The position numbers and the translations under genes are program-made. Shown here piece after piece: positions 1 to 8,933 of a stretch of DNA of 64,000 nucleotides. Every line of letters begins with the position of its first letter. Position 1 is the first letter of the stretch. This stretch comes from a virus. The notes beneath the pieces are model-generated. The model was not told where the DNA came from and ran no database searches. It saw only the letters and a list, made by a program, of their open reading frames with translations. Where the stretch lies: the IMG/VR virus record IMGVR_UViG_3300042446_001683; one strand, written 5' to 3'.

Positions 1-542
1 CTCATGAAATGATTGAAGAATACTTAAATGGTGAAGAATTAAAATTTTTAAGTCCATATGGTGTACCACAATATGATCCAAATGTTTGGATTATGTTCTT
101 ACGTTTTGTAGATTTTTGGGAGACATATAACCCTAAACTAATAGAGACAGAAGTACATTTATTCTCAGATGAATTAAAAGTAGCTGGTACATGTGATTTA
201 GTTTGTGAAATTGATGGTAAGTTATGGATCATTGACTTTAAAACATCTAACCATCTACAAACAGTATATGAATTACAAACAGCTGTTTACAAACAATGTT
301 ACAAAGAATGTTATGGTTTAGAAGCTGATCATGCTGCTGTATTATGGTTAAAATCATCTAAACGTAAGGCTAGTAAAGATAAAATGCAAGGTAAAGGATG
401 GGAAATAGCTGAATCAGAACGTACATTTGAAGAAAATTTAGAAATATTCAAAACAGTACGTAAGTTATTTGATCTTGAAAATCCTAAGTCCGCACCCGTG
501 TTTGAGTCGTTTAGAACTACCGCAAAACGAGAAGACTTGTAA
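1..542 (+). CDS. PD-(D/E)XK RecB/Cas4-like exonuclease (5'-truncated by window edge)
   Basis: Motifs GTCDL...IIDFKTS and LQTAVY; the frame is open upstream of the ATG at 9 (H-E-M-I-E). Confidence 0.8.
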   Translation, partial: HEMIEEYLNGEELKFLSPYGVPQYDPNVWIMFLRFVDFWETYNPKLIETEVHLFSDELKVAGTCDLVCEIDGKLWIIDFKTSNHLQTVYELQTAVYKQCYKECYGLEADHAAVLWLKSSKRKASKDKMQGKGWEIAESERTFEENLEIFKTVRKLFDLENPKSAPVFESFRTTAKREDL

Positions 543-558
543 TATTTATGATAAAATG

Positions 559-588
559 TTTGGCTTCGCCAAATTTTTTTATTATATT
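559..588 (+). promoter_or_regulatory. Class A promoter TTTGGC-N18-TATATT overlapping a terminator-like hairpin (TTTGGC-TTC-GCCAAA then T7)
   Basis: Same bipartite motif recurs at 7 intergenic sites; resembles the Bacteroidota -33 TTTG / -7 TAnnTTTG promoter. Confidence 0.65.
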
Positions 589-595
589 TAGCAAG

Positions 596-1393
596 ATGAT
601 AAAACTAACTGACTTACTAAAAGAAGTACAAAATAAACCAAAAGCCATAATAATGGCTGGAGGAGCATCAGTAGGTAAATCAACAATCCTAAAAACAATT
701 GATTCTCAATTAAAAGGATTTGAAAACTTAAATGCAGACAAATATGTAGAAGATAAAGACTCACCAATGTTTGGTAATTTATCTGCTGCCTCATCTCAAA
801 TAAGAAAACAAGATTTACCTAACGCTATAGCAGCTAAACGTAATTTAATTTACGATACCACAGCATCCAATCTATCTACACTTCAACCAACATTAGATAT
901 GTTAAATGAAGGTGGATATGATGTTATGATGTTGATGGTTTATGCTCATCCTATAGTATCATTTTTAAGAAACTATAAGCGTGAACGTAAAGTACCAGCT
1001 GCTGGTGTTTTAGGTACTTGGGCTAATGTTTATAATTTATTAGATGAATATAAAAATATATTTGGAGACAATTTTATTTTAGTAAATACACCATCAGGCC
1101 CAGAAGAAGAAGCAGAAATTGCTAACTTTGAAAAAGCATATAAAGACGGTACTCTAAAAGAATATTTTGACAGTTTATTATCTACAGGTCAATTTACTTC
1201 ATCATTCAGAAAAGATGATACTGAGTTATCACCTGAAGAAAAAGCTAAACGAGAAAAATCAAGAGAAAAAACAAAACAACAACTTTATCAAAACATTGAT
1301 AAAATAGCTAATACTTACGGGGATATTCAATCTAAATTGAATCCCATAGATAGTAAACAATTACCTACTGTTGTTAATAATTTTATTAAATGA
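596..1393 (+). CDS. P-loop kinase, zeta-toxin/AAA_33-like, with putative capsid-targeting leader MIKLTDLLKE
   Basis: Walker A AGGASVGKST, LNAD, YDTT, RERKVP; start moved to ATG 596 because 548-595 spans promoter/terminator sequence. Confidence 0.75.
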   Translation: MIKLTDLLKEVQNKPKAIIMAGGASVGKSTILKTIDSQLKGFENLNADKYVEDKDSPMFGNLSAASSQIRKQDLPNAIAAKRNLIYDTTASNLSTLQPTLDMLNEGGYDVMMLMVYAHPIVSFLRNYKRERKVPAAGVLGTWANVYNLLDEYKNIFGDNFILVNTPSGPEEEAEIANFEKAYKDGTLKEYFDSLLSTGQFTSSFRKDDTELSPEEKAKREKSREKTKQQLYQNIDKIANTYGDIQSKLNPIDSKQLPTVVNNFIK

Positions 1394-3033
1394 GCTCATT
1401 AGTTAAATCACTTATATTACCATTTTTAACTGAGGTTGATTCTTTAGGTGAAGGATTAACTGTAGGTTTATTTGGAGGTGGGTTTCAACCACCAACTAAG
1501 GGTCATCTTGAAGTAGTTAAAAAAGCTATAGAAAAATATAACCCAAACAAATTTATTATATTTGTTGGAACAGGAGGAGGAAGATCAGATATTACTCAAG
1601 ATCAATCATTAGCTATATGGAACATCTATAAAAAGTATCTACCAGATAATGTTGAAATTATACCTTCACCTAACCCAGTATCTTCAATTTATAGATATGC
1701 TAAAGAGCATCCATTTGAGGATATTAAATGGTTTTTAGGATCTAGACAAGGTAATAACCAAGATTTTGAAGATTTTTATAAACGCTCTAAAGCGGTAGAT
1801 ACTCGTGATAATTTAGAAGCAATTAATATTGTCACTGCTAATGATGTTAGTGGTACTAAAGCTAGACAGGTACTAACAGATAAAGAATCATTATTTAACT
1901 ACTTACCAATTGAGTTATCAGATAGTGAAAGAGAAGAAGTATATAGTATACTTAATCCAATGTCTGAAAGTGAAGAAATAACAACTTGGGTTAATGAGGT
2001 TGTACCTGAACCTGAGATTGATGATATTGATGACTATGCTGATAGTGTTTTAAATCCAATTGATATTGACATACCACCTCATTTTATTGATAGAGTTAAT
2101 GATAAACGTAATCGTCCTGGAATTAAAACAGACGAGCTATATGATTTCTTTGATAAACTATCAGATGAAAAAGATGAGTTAGCTAATTTATTAGACCAAG
2201 GAGAAGTAGTAGCAACAGACTCAGATACTGATATTAATATCCCATTAACTAAAGATATTAAAAAAAGTCAATTACGTGATAAAGTAGTAGCGGTAGCTAA
2301 AACTATAATGCGTAAACCTAATTTTCAAACTACAAGTACTAAATTAACATTTGAACAGATTCAAGATGACAGTATAGTTTGTGATGATTGTGGTTGGACT
2401 TGGAAGATAAAAGATGGTGGTGATGATTTATTCATATGTCATAAATGTGGACATGATAATACTCCTAAAGAAACAAATAATTTCTTTGAACCAATCCAAG
2501 ACAAACAATTAGATTTAAACATATCATCAGAACCTACTAGAGTAGATTACTATAAAGATTATTATAAGAATTTATCACCATCAGATTTTAAAGTTGACAA
2601 AGATAAAGACAAAATAATAATATCCAATATTAGTAAAAAAGGTTTAGAAAATAATACTGACTTTATAAAAAAATTAGTATCACTAACAAGTTACATGATG
2701 GATCATATTAATATTGAACCATTACCAGATGTTAATTTTGTTGAAGATGATGTTAAGAATGCTGATGATTTCTTTGGTAAAACAGCGTATTATAACCCAA
2801 ATGATAAATCAATCACGTTATACACACTAAAACGTCATCCTAAAGATGTATTGCGCTCTTTTGCACATGAAATGGTACATCATAAACAAAATTTAGAAGG
2901 AAAATTAAATGATATACAAGGTCAAAATATAAATGAAGACGATTATCTAAAAGAATTAGAACGTGAAGCATATGAGTATGGTAATGGTTTATTATTTAGA
3001 GGTTGGGAAAATTCAATAAAGAAAAATGATTAA
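1390..3033 (+). CDS. Multidomain protein: HIGH-class nucleotidyltransferase + HFxDR..KTIMRK domain + Zn ribbon + zincin (HExxH) peptidase
   Basis: GGGFQPPTKGH and SGTKAR; HFIDRVND..VAKTIMRK; CDDC..CHKC; FAHEMVHHKQ..LEREAYE. Confidence 0.75.
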   Translation: MSSLVKSLILPFLTEVDSLGEGLTVGLFGGGFQPPTKGHLEVVKKAIEKYNPNKFIIFVGTGGGRSDITQDQSLAIWNIYKKYLPDNVEIIPSPNPVSSIYRYAKEHPFEDIKWFLGSRQGNNQDFEDFYKRSKAVDTRDNLEAINIVTANDVSGTKARQVLTDKESLFNYLPIELSDSEREEVYSILNPMSESEEITTWVNEVVPEPEIDDIDDYADSVLNPIDIDIPPHFIDRVNDKRNRPGIKTDELYDFFDKLSDEKDELANLLDQGEVVATDSDTDINIPLTKDIKKSQLRDKVVAVAKTIMRKPNFQTTSTKLTFEQIQDDSIVCDDCGWTWKIKDGGDDLFICHKCGHDNTPKETNNFFEPIQDKQLDLNISSEPTRVDYYKDYYKNLSPSDFKVDKDKDKIIISNISKKGLENNTDFIKKLVSLTSYMMDHINIEPLPDVNFVEDDVKNADDFFGKTAYYNPNDKSITLYTLKRHPKDVLRSFAHEMVHHKQNLEGKLNDIQGQNINEDDYLKELEREAYEYGNGLLFRGWENSIKKND

Positions 3034-3526
3034 ATTAAAAGAGTTATTAGAAGAAGTTGAAAACAACAAATATACTATCTATTGTGATTTAGATGGGGTA
3101 TTAGTTGATTTTGAAAAAGGTTATGAAGAAGCAACAGGCAAACCAATGTCTGCCGCAGGTGAAGGTCCTGAGTTTTGGGAACCAATACATAAAATGGGAG
3201 CTTCATTTTGGATCAAATTAAAATGGTTACCTGATGGACAAACATTATGGAATTATATTAAACCATTTAATCCAACATTACTATCAGCACCTTCACAAGA
3301 AGAATCATCTAAAATAGGTAAACGAGTATGGAAGAAAAATAACTTACCTGATGCTAAAATGATTTTAACACCAGCAAGATTCAAACAAAAATACTCAGGG
3401 GAAAATAAAATACTTATTGATGATATGGAAAAAAATATACAACAATGGAGAGATAAAGGTGGAATAGGAATATTACATACATCTACAGCAGATACAATTA
3501 AACAATTAAAAGAACTAGGATTATGA
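3026..3526 (+). CDS. HAD-family 5'(3')-deoxyribonucleotidase-like protein with leader MIKLKELLEE
   Basis: CDLDGVLVDF motif I, LLSAP, ILIDD motif IV. Confidence 0.8.
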   Translation: MIKLKELLEEVENNKYTIYCDLDGVLVDFEKGYEEATGKPMSAAGEGPEFWEPIHKMGASFWIKLKWLPDGQTLWNYIKPFNPTLLSAPSQEESSKIGKRVWKKNNLPDAKMILTPARFKQKYSGENKILIDDMEKNIQQWRDKGGIGILHTSTADTIKQLKELGL

Positions 3527-3978
3527 AATACAGTTTAGTAAAACTATTAGAAAATGAGGGAGATGAAGCAACATTTTCAATCAATAAACAAACAAATGAT
3601 TTATTGTTAACCCCAATTGGTTCAACTATTGAAAAAGTAAAAGAAGCAATTAAGAATCCTAAGAATTATGAAAAACTATTTGCTAAGATTTCTAAATCAG
3701 CTTTAGAAGATTACTTTGGCCCACAAAATCCAGCCAAAAGAAAATCATTAGAAAAACAAAGAGGAGAAGCATTTCCCACTAAAACGGCTGCTGAAATAAA
3801 TAAATTTAAAGAAAAGTTAGCAAATCCTAATAAATTTAACTTTGAAGTTGAAGGTGAGTCTTTAAGATTCCCTCAATCTAAAAATACACTTACTTTAGTT
3901 CAAATGGAAAATGATTTAAAAGTAATTTTAGATAGTGCTAAAATAAAATGTAATATAGAAAAGGTTCCATCAAAGTAA
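3523..3978 (+). CDS. Hypothetical protein (leader MKYSLVKLLENE)
   Basis: 151-aa ORF tightly coupled to its neighbours. Confidence 0.6.
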   Translation: MKYSLVKLLENEGDEATFSINKQTNDLLLTPIGSTIEKVKEAIKNPKNYEKLFAKISKSALEDYFGPQNPAKRKSLEKQRGEAFPTKTAAEINKFKEKLANPNKFNFEVEGESLRFPQSKNTLTLVQMENDLKVILDSAKIKCNIEKVPSK

Positions 3979-3982
3979 TATT

Positions 3983-4552
3983 ATGGCTGAAAATGTTTTG
4001 AAAAAAGAATTTAAGGAGAAAGATGTACAACGTCTTCGTAACCTTATGCAAGGTAAATATGGTGAAAAAGCTACTGTAGGTACTGGTTATACTAAACAAT
4101 ATGAACATCATGAAGAAGGAGATGTATGGGAAGAAGATGATCGTACTTGGACTATTAAAAATGGTATTAAACAAAATATCACTAAATTAGACAAAGCTAA
4201 AGAGTCTCTTCACTTACCATTATTTTGCCCATGTTGTAATGGAATGATGAAACATAGGTATGATAAGCAGTTTTTTATACAGTATAAAAGATGTTTTAAT
4301 TGTCAAATTGAATTTGAAACTGATCTTAAAAAGAAAGGCTTATGGGTAGAGTACGAAAAACTCATAATCAACTCAGATATTGATGGACTTATAAATGAAT
4401 TTAATATTTGGGTTGATGAAGAAATGAATACTAAAAATGAGTCATTTATAACTGAAGCAGGTGATATGGAACGTTGGTCTGGTAATGCTAAACAAAAACT
4501 TCTTGAAAGTAAAGAAGAAACCATTAAGTATCTTGAGAGCTTGAAAAAATAG
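3983..4552 (+). CDS. Hypothetical Zn-finger protein
   Basis: CPCC...CFNC; GDVWEEDDRTWTIKNGIK. Confidence 0.6.
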   Translation: MAENVLKKEFKEKDVQRLRNLMQGKYGEKATVGTGYTKQYEHHEEGDVWEEDDRTWTIKNGIKQNITKLDKAKESLHLPLFCPCCNGMMKHRYDKQFFIQYKRCFNCQIEFETDLKKKGLWVEYEKLIINSDIDGLINEFNIWVDEEMNTKNESFITEAGDMERWSGNAKQKLLESKEETIKYLESLKK

Positions 4553-4577
4553 CCGATATTTATATATAAAATTAAAC

Positions 4578-4940
4578 ATGGATTTTGTAAAACTAATATC
4601 ATATTTATTCCATTCTCGTACCCAAGCTCACATATTCCATTTACAAACACAGTCATATGCTGAGCATATGGCTTTAAATGTTTACTATGATGGAATTGTA
4701 CCATTAATTGATGGTATTGTAGAAGCATACCAAGGTAAATACGGTATTGTAAAAGGTTACTCTAATTTTAATCTAATGGAGTATAATAATACTCAACAAG
4801 TAGTAGCGTACTTAGACGCATTATGTAAAGCAGTTTATGAAGTATACCAATCAACTGAGGACACTAACATACAAAATTTACTAGATGGAATTACAGATTT
4901 AATTAAATCAACTATCTACAAATTACAAAACTTACGATAA
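4578..4940 (+). CDS. Ferritin/Dps-like four-helix protein (DUF5856-like)
   Basis: H-x-x-H-L...YAEHMAL..YY...D..VEAYQGKYG and C-terminal YKL pattern. Confidence 0.7.
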   Translation: MDFVKLISYLFHSRTQAHIFHLQTQSYAEHMALNVYYDGIVPLIDGIVEAYQGKYGIVKGYSNFNLMEYNNTQQVVAYLDALCKAVYEVYQSTEDTNIQNLLDGITDLIKSTIYKLQNLR

Positions 4941-5149
4941 TGGCTTTTAAATATAAATTAACTGAAGACAAATATGCTGGAACACAAGGCATGTTTAAAG
5001 ATCTTTTAGATAAATGGAATGCTGAAGATAAAGAAAAAGAAGCTGAAATAGCTAAACTCCCTCAAAATCTTCAAGATAAGATTAAAGGCATCGCTAAAGA
5101 AGCATTATCTAAAAAGAAATGTTATGAGTGCAAAACCATTAAAAAATAA
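4940..5149 (+). CDS. Small hypothetical protein (MAFKYKLTE leader)
   Basis: 69-aa ORF with TAATG coupling to the previous gene. Confidence 0.5.
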   Translation: MAFKYKLTEDKYAGTQGMFKDLLDKWNAEDKEKEAEIAKLPQNLQDKIKGIAKEALSKKKCYECKTIKK

Positions 5150-5169
5150 CATATTTATAATAAAATACA

Positions 5170-5532
5170 ATGAGTACTAAATTAAAATCATTAATACAAC
5201 AAATCATCAAAGAGGAAGTTGCTTTATTTGAAAAGAAAAAGAAAAAAGACGAATTACCTCCTCTAGATGTTGATGTTGATGTTGACGCTGAAGTAGCACC
5301 CGCTGAAGAAGCACCTATAGATGACTTATCTACTGACCCAAATATAGACATGAATATGGGAGCAGATATGGGTGGTGATTCAATTGAAAAACAAGTTGGC
5401 CAAGGCTTACAAACAGCATTAGACGCTGCTAAGCAACTACCAGACGGAGAAAATAAAGATAAATTAGTACGTCAAATTGGAAACACCGCTTTATTCTTTT
5501 TGAAAACACAAATCACTAAAGATCAAGCATAA
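5170..5532 (+). CDS. Acidic hypothetical protein with leader MSTKLKSLIQQIIKEE
   Basis: ORF preceded by ATATTTAT motif at 5151. Confidence 0.6.
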   Translation: MSTKLKSLIQQIIKEEVALFEKKKKKDELPPLDVDVDVDAEVAPAEEAPIDDLSTDPNIDMNMGADMGGDSIEKQVGQGLQTALDAAKQLPDGENKDKLVRQIGNTALFFLKTQITKDQA

Positions 5533-5555
5533 TATAAACCAAACAAATAAAATCT

Positions 5556-5729
5556 ATGAACAGTCAAGAGTTATTAGAAAGAATGCAAGAGTTATTCGAG
5601 TTATTAGTAGCAGAACACTCAAAACCAGCAAAAGCAGCACATGGACGTGCTCGCAAAACAGCAGGTGAGATTAAGAAGGTAATTGCGGAATACCGTAAAG
5701 CTTCTACTGCTGAAGACAAAGCGAAATAA
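5556..5729 (+). CDS. Histone H1-like (Hc1-type) small basic protein, 57 aa, not in the ORF track
   Basis: Hand translation MNSQELLERMQELFELLVAEHSKPAKAAHGRARKTAGEIKKVIAEYRKASTAEDKAK matches the Hc1 core pattern KAA..RARK...E..K....RK.S; A-rich upstream region; followed by a hairpin. Confidence 0.7.
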   Translation: MNSQELLERMQELFELLVAEHSKPAKAAHGRARKTAGEIKKVIAEYRKASTAEDKAK

Positions 5730-5749
5730 GAATTGTAAATTTGAGTTAT

Positions 5750-5775
5750 AGGGGAGCAATGCTCCCCTTAACTTT
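5750..5775 (+). terminator. Probable intrinsic terminator
   Basis: AGGGGAGC-AAT-GCTCCCCT stem followed by TAACTTT. Confidence 0.6.
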
Positions 5776-5788
5776 AAAATAAATAGAT

Positions 5789-6457
5789 ATGCCATACAAA
5801 TTAAAAGGCAAATGTGTTTATAATAAAGAGACAGGTAAGAAGAAAGGATGTTCTTCATCTGTTAAAAAAGCTAAGGCTTATATGAGAGCTCTATATGCTT
5901 CTGAACCTATTAATGAGGGATTATCAGACGCAGTCTTAGACAGAGCAAAAGATGTATACTCAGCTATGAAAGCTGATGATAAAGCAATAATGAATGCTGT
6001 TGCTAAACATGGTAATAGCGCAGAAAATATATTGTGGGGTCGCGCAATCAACACAGCTAAAAAACAAGTACAGACTATGAGTGATACTAAATTAAAAGAA
6101 GTAATTAAAAAAGCATTATCTACACCTCCAGTAAGTGAGAAAAAAAGTAAAGAATTTCCTGACTTAACAGGTGATGGTAAAGTAACTAAAGCTGATATAT
6201 TAAAAGGACGTGGGGTAGATCTTAAAGAAGAAGTTGATTATGAAGGAGAAATGGCTAAATCTGAATTATATCGCTTAGTTAAAAACTCTCAAGAGTTAAT
6301 GCAAATGTTAGATGACGATACTCAATTAGAAGCATGGGTACAAAGTAAGATCACTAAAGCAGCTGACTATATAGCATCAGTTAGCCAATATTTAGGATTT
6401 CAAGCAGCTAACAAGCCAGAAATAGACGAAAGAACAGAATACACTTTAGATAAATAA
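5789..6457 (+). CDS. Modular putative internal head protein
   Basis: Basic Cys module, PINE junction, internal leader-like MSDTKLKEVIKKAL, EF-hand-like DLTGDGKVTKADIL, LKEE junction, YEGEMAKSEL..WVQSKITKAADY domain. Confidence 0.6.
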   Translation: MPYKLKGKCVYNKETGKKKGCSSSVKKAKAYMRALYASEPINEGLSDAVLDRAKDVYSAMKADDKAIMNAVAKHGNSAENILWGRAINTAKKQVQTMSDTKLKEVIKKALSTPPVSEKKSKEFPDLTGDGKVTKADILKGRGVDLKEEVDYEGEMAKSELYRLVKNSQELMQMLDDDTQLEAWVQSKITKAADYIASVSQYLGFQAANKPEIDERTEYTLDK

Positions 6458-6458
6458 A

Positions 6459-7016
6459 ATGGCAAGTAAAAAGGAACTAGTAGATAAAATACAAGCTATA
6501 GCTAAACGTGTTTATGCTGCTAAAACAGCAGGTGAAACATCAATAGAAGCACAAGAAGATACATTTGGTGTTACACCAGATGATGTTAACTTTGAGGAAG
6601 AATTATTTCCTGTATTAGCTAAATTTCCTAAACTAAAAGAAGTTATAATAGATTTACTTACAGACCAATATGGAGATTTTATATCTGATATATGGTGGGT
6701 AGCTCCTCGTCCTACTACATTTAAAATTATATTAGCTAATGATCAACATTTCTATCTAATATACACTGAACGTTCTTGGATTGCTCAAGTTGAAGGTAAA
6801 AAATTCTATTTAGCTAGTTTAAATGAAGAACAACGTGCTGCAGCAGCTATAGCTCGTATATTACGCTATGGTGGAGGAGCAGAACCAGATAAAGACTCAC
6901 CAGTAGGTGAAGTACCAACAGGAGGAGAAATACCAGCAGATGAAACAACCCCAGAAACACCAACTGAAGAAACACCACCAACTGAAGAAACACCTGAAGA
7001 AACATTACCAGCATAA
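6459..7016 (+). CDS. Hypothetical protein with E/T/P-rich C-terminal repeat
   Basis: VAPRPTTFKI core; ETTPETPTEETPPTEETPEET tail. Confidence 0.6.
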   Translation: MASKKELVDKIQAIAKRVYAAKTAGETSIEAQEDTFGVTPDDVNFEEELFPVLAKFPKLKEVIIDLLTDQYGDFISDIWWVAPRPTTFKIILANDQHFYLIYTERSWIAQVEGKKFYLASLNEEQRAAAAIARILRYGGGAEPDKDSPVGEVPTGGEIPADETTPETPTEETPPTEETPEETLPA

Positions 7017-7018
7017 TA

Positions 7019-7345
7019 ATGAAAAAATTAAATAAGTTCCTTAATCATCCTGTATTACCTTGGGTATTAGTAATATTATTAGTGTCATTATTAATTATAA
7101 AAAGTCTTAAACCAGACCCAAGACCAGTAACACCTCCAGTTGATAATCGTATAGATAGTTTAAGTCATATTGTAGATTCATTGAATAAATCATATATTAA
7201 ACTAAAACAAGATTATGATAGTGCTCAATTAAATGTTAAAACAGAAATCCAATATATCCAAATAAAAAATGCTAAAGACATTTCTAATATCCATAATTTT
7301 ACTATTGACCAACGTGATAGCATGTGGTCAACACTTAACCCCTAA
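7019..7345 (+). CDS. Putative i-spanin (Rz-like)
   Basis: N-terminal TM segment, Pro-rich linker, coiled coil; overlaps the next gene by 77 nt. Confidence 0.5.
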   Translation: MKKLNKFLNHPVLPWVLVILLVSLLIIKSLKPDPRPVTPPVDNRIDSLSHIVDSLNKSYIKLKQDYDSAQLNVKTEIQYIQIKNAKDISNIHNFTIDQRDSMWSTLNP

Positions 7346-7721
7346 ACGTATTGTCTTTAGCGGTGATACTGGTATATTTTTTACTAATAAACAAGAAATT
7401 GAGTTATTAGTAAAATTTAAACAACTTGAGGGTTGTAAACTTGAAATTGAAAAATGGAAAAGATATGCTAATGATGCTGATTTACAAATTGATAGAGAAA
7501 GAGAAGCATATACTTATTTAAATAAAGAGTATAAAAGTTTATTAACTGTATCTAAAGACTTCCAAAAGAAATATAATGATGAATATACTGCTCATGAGAA
7601 TACAAAAATTAAATTAGATAAAGCTGTTAATATTAAAAACAAATGGGTTAAATCAACATTTATAACAGGTGGAGTAGCAGTAATAATTATAGCACCTTTA
7701 GTTTATTTATTAGTTCATTAA
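7269..7721 (+). CDS. Putative spanin-like lipoprotein with C-terminal TM
   Basis: Signal peptide with lipobox VIAC (Cys19), coiled coil, hydrophobic C-terminus. Confidence 0.5.
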   Translation: MLKTFLISIILLLTNVIACGQHLTPKRIVFSGDTGIFFTNKQEIELLVKFKQLEGCKLEIEKWKRYANDADLQIDREREAYTYLNKEYKSLLTVSKDFQKKYNDEYTAHENTKIKLDKAVNIKNKWVKSTFITGGVAVIIIAPLVYLLVH

Positions 7722-7733
7722 ATATTTATCAAT

Positions 7734-8933
7734 ATGAATATATTTGATAAATTCCTACATAGCGTTTCTTACAAATTCCCTAAGGGTTACCCAGATATGA
7801 GTAACCCTACTGATATTTCATTACTTGAATCTTTAATAAGTGAAGTATTAGGGCAAAGTGTAAGTTTAAATGAAGGTAGTATGAAACAAAATACAGTTAA
7901 AGCAATTCAAACTATTCTTAATTCAGAATTAGGTAAAAAATATAATTTTAAACCTCAAACAGATTGGTCTCGTTTAGGAAATATGGACAAAATATCTCCA
8001 GATCAATTCTTAGAAATTATTAAAAATACTTTTAATAATCCTCAAGTAACTATACTTAAACCTAAAGAAGGAGAAAATCCAAGTTCTAAATATAATATGT
8101 ATTTATTCACTACTTCTGAAGGTCCTGTTAAAATAATATTATCTGGTGGGGCTAATTTAGGTGAAAAATATGAAAGCAACTTCTATGATAAAATTAAATC
8201 ATCAGCTGGTACTTCATTAGAAGATATAACTGACCCTGATTTAAGAGAATTATACAATAAAATAGGCATTGATCCTGAAGATATCACCCCAGAACAAGTA
8301 ATACAAACTGGAAATAAAGGTACTAAACGTCCTATTGATTTTAATGGTCCTGAAAATAAAGGAGAAACAATATCAGATATAACAATTTTACCTGACACTT
8401 ATCTATCTATTAAAAATATAGCAGGTAGTGGATTTTATAATGGAGGAATCATTCCATTTATTGTCTTTGAAGATGGTAAAGTAGTTTATGATCCTAGTAA
8501 ATTTAATATTAAACCTGTTATAGCTCAATTATTTGAAACACTTAATATTGATCCTGAAAAGGTAGCCCAAGGATTAAATGAATATGCTACTAAACAAGGT
8601 GATATGTCTAACACATATGAAAATATAAGTGTAACTAATTCTGAAGATCTTAAAAAATTCATAGCATCAGGATATGATTATGGATACTGGTATGTTCGTG
8701 AAAAAGATAAAGGATTATTTGTTTATGATAATAGAACAGAAGATGATGTCTATAAATTTGTTGGTGATATAAAAAATGTTAGTGTTAAGTATCCTAATAA
8801 AGAGACAAAAACATTAACAGTAAAACTAATAGCAGACAGCCCAGTATTAGGCCCAGTAAATTATCTTATTGAAATACGAGATACTCAAGGTAAAGGAATA
8901 TTACCACTAAGTTTAAAAATAAGAACAACATGA
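7734..8933 (+). CDS. Putative PD-(D/E)XK restriction-endonuclease-like protein with N-terminal pro-region
   Basis: GEKYE helix, ISDITI...YLSIK motif; pro-region ends at SLNE. Confidence 0.5.
   Translation: MNIFDKFLHSVSYKFPKGYPDMSNPTDISLLESLISEVLGQSVSLNEGSMKQNTVKAIQTILNSELGKKYNFKPQTDWSRLGNMDKISPDQFLEIIKNTFNNPQVTILKPKEGENPSSKYNMYLFTTSEGPVKIILSGGANLGEKYESNFYDKIKSSAGTSLEDITDPDLRELYNKIGIDPEDITPEQVIQTGNKGTKRPIDFNGPENKGETISDITILPDTYLSIKNIAGSGFYNGGIIPFIVFEDGKVVYDPSKFNIKPVIAQLFETLNIDPEKVAQGLNEYATKQGDMSNTYENISVTNSEDLKKFIASGYDYGYWYVREKDKGLFVYDNRTEDDVYKFVGDIKNVSVKYPNKETKTLTVKLIADSPVLGPVNYLIEIRDTQGKGILPLSLKIRTT

Noticed and set aside
1-542. Cas4-like nuclease as evidence of a CRISPR-Cas system
   Set aside because: No repeat-spacer array or other cas genes; solo nucleases of this type are common in phages
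548-595. N-terminal extension of the kinase ORF (ATG 548)
   Set aside because: It runs through a terminator/promoter; ATG 596 gives the shared MIKL leader
596-1393. Zeta/epsilon toxin-antitoxin module
   Set aside because: No antitoxin-like partner upstream; only a P-loop kinase fold can be supported
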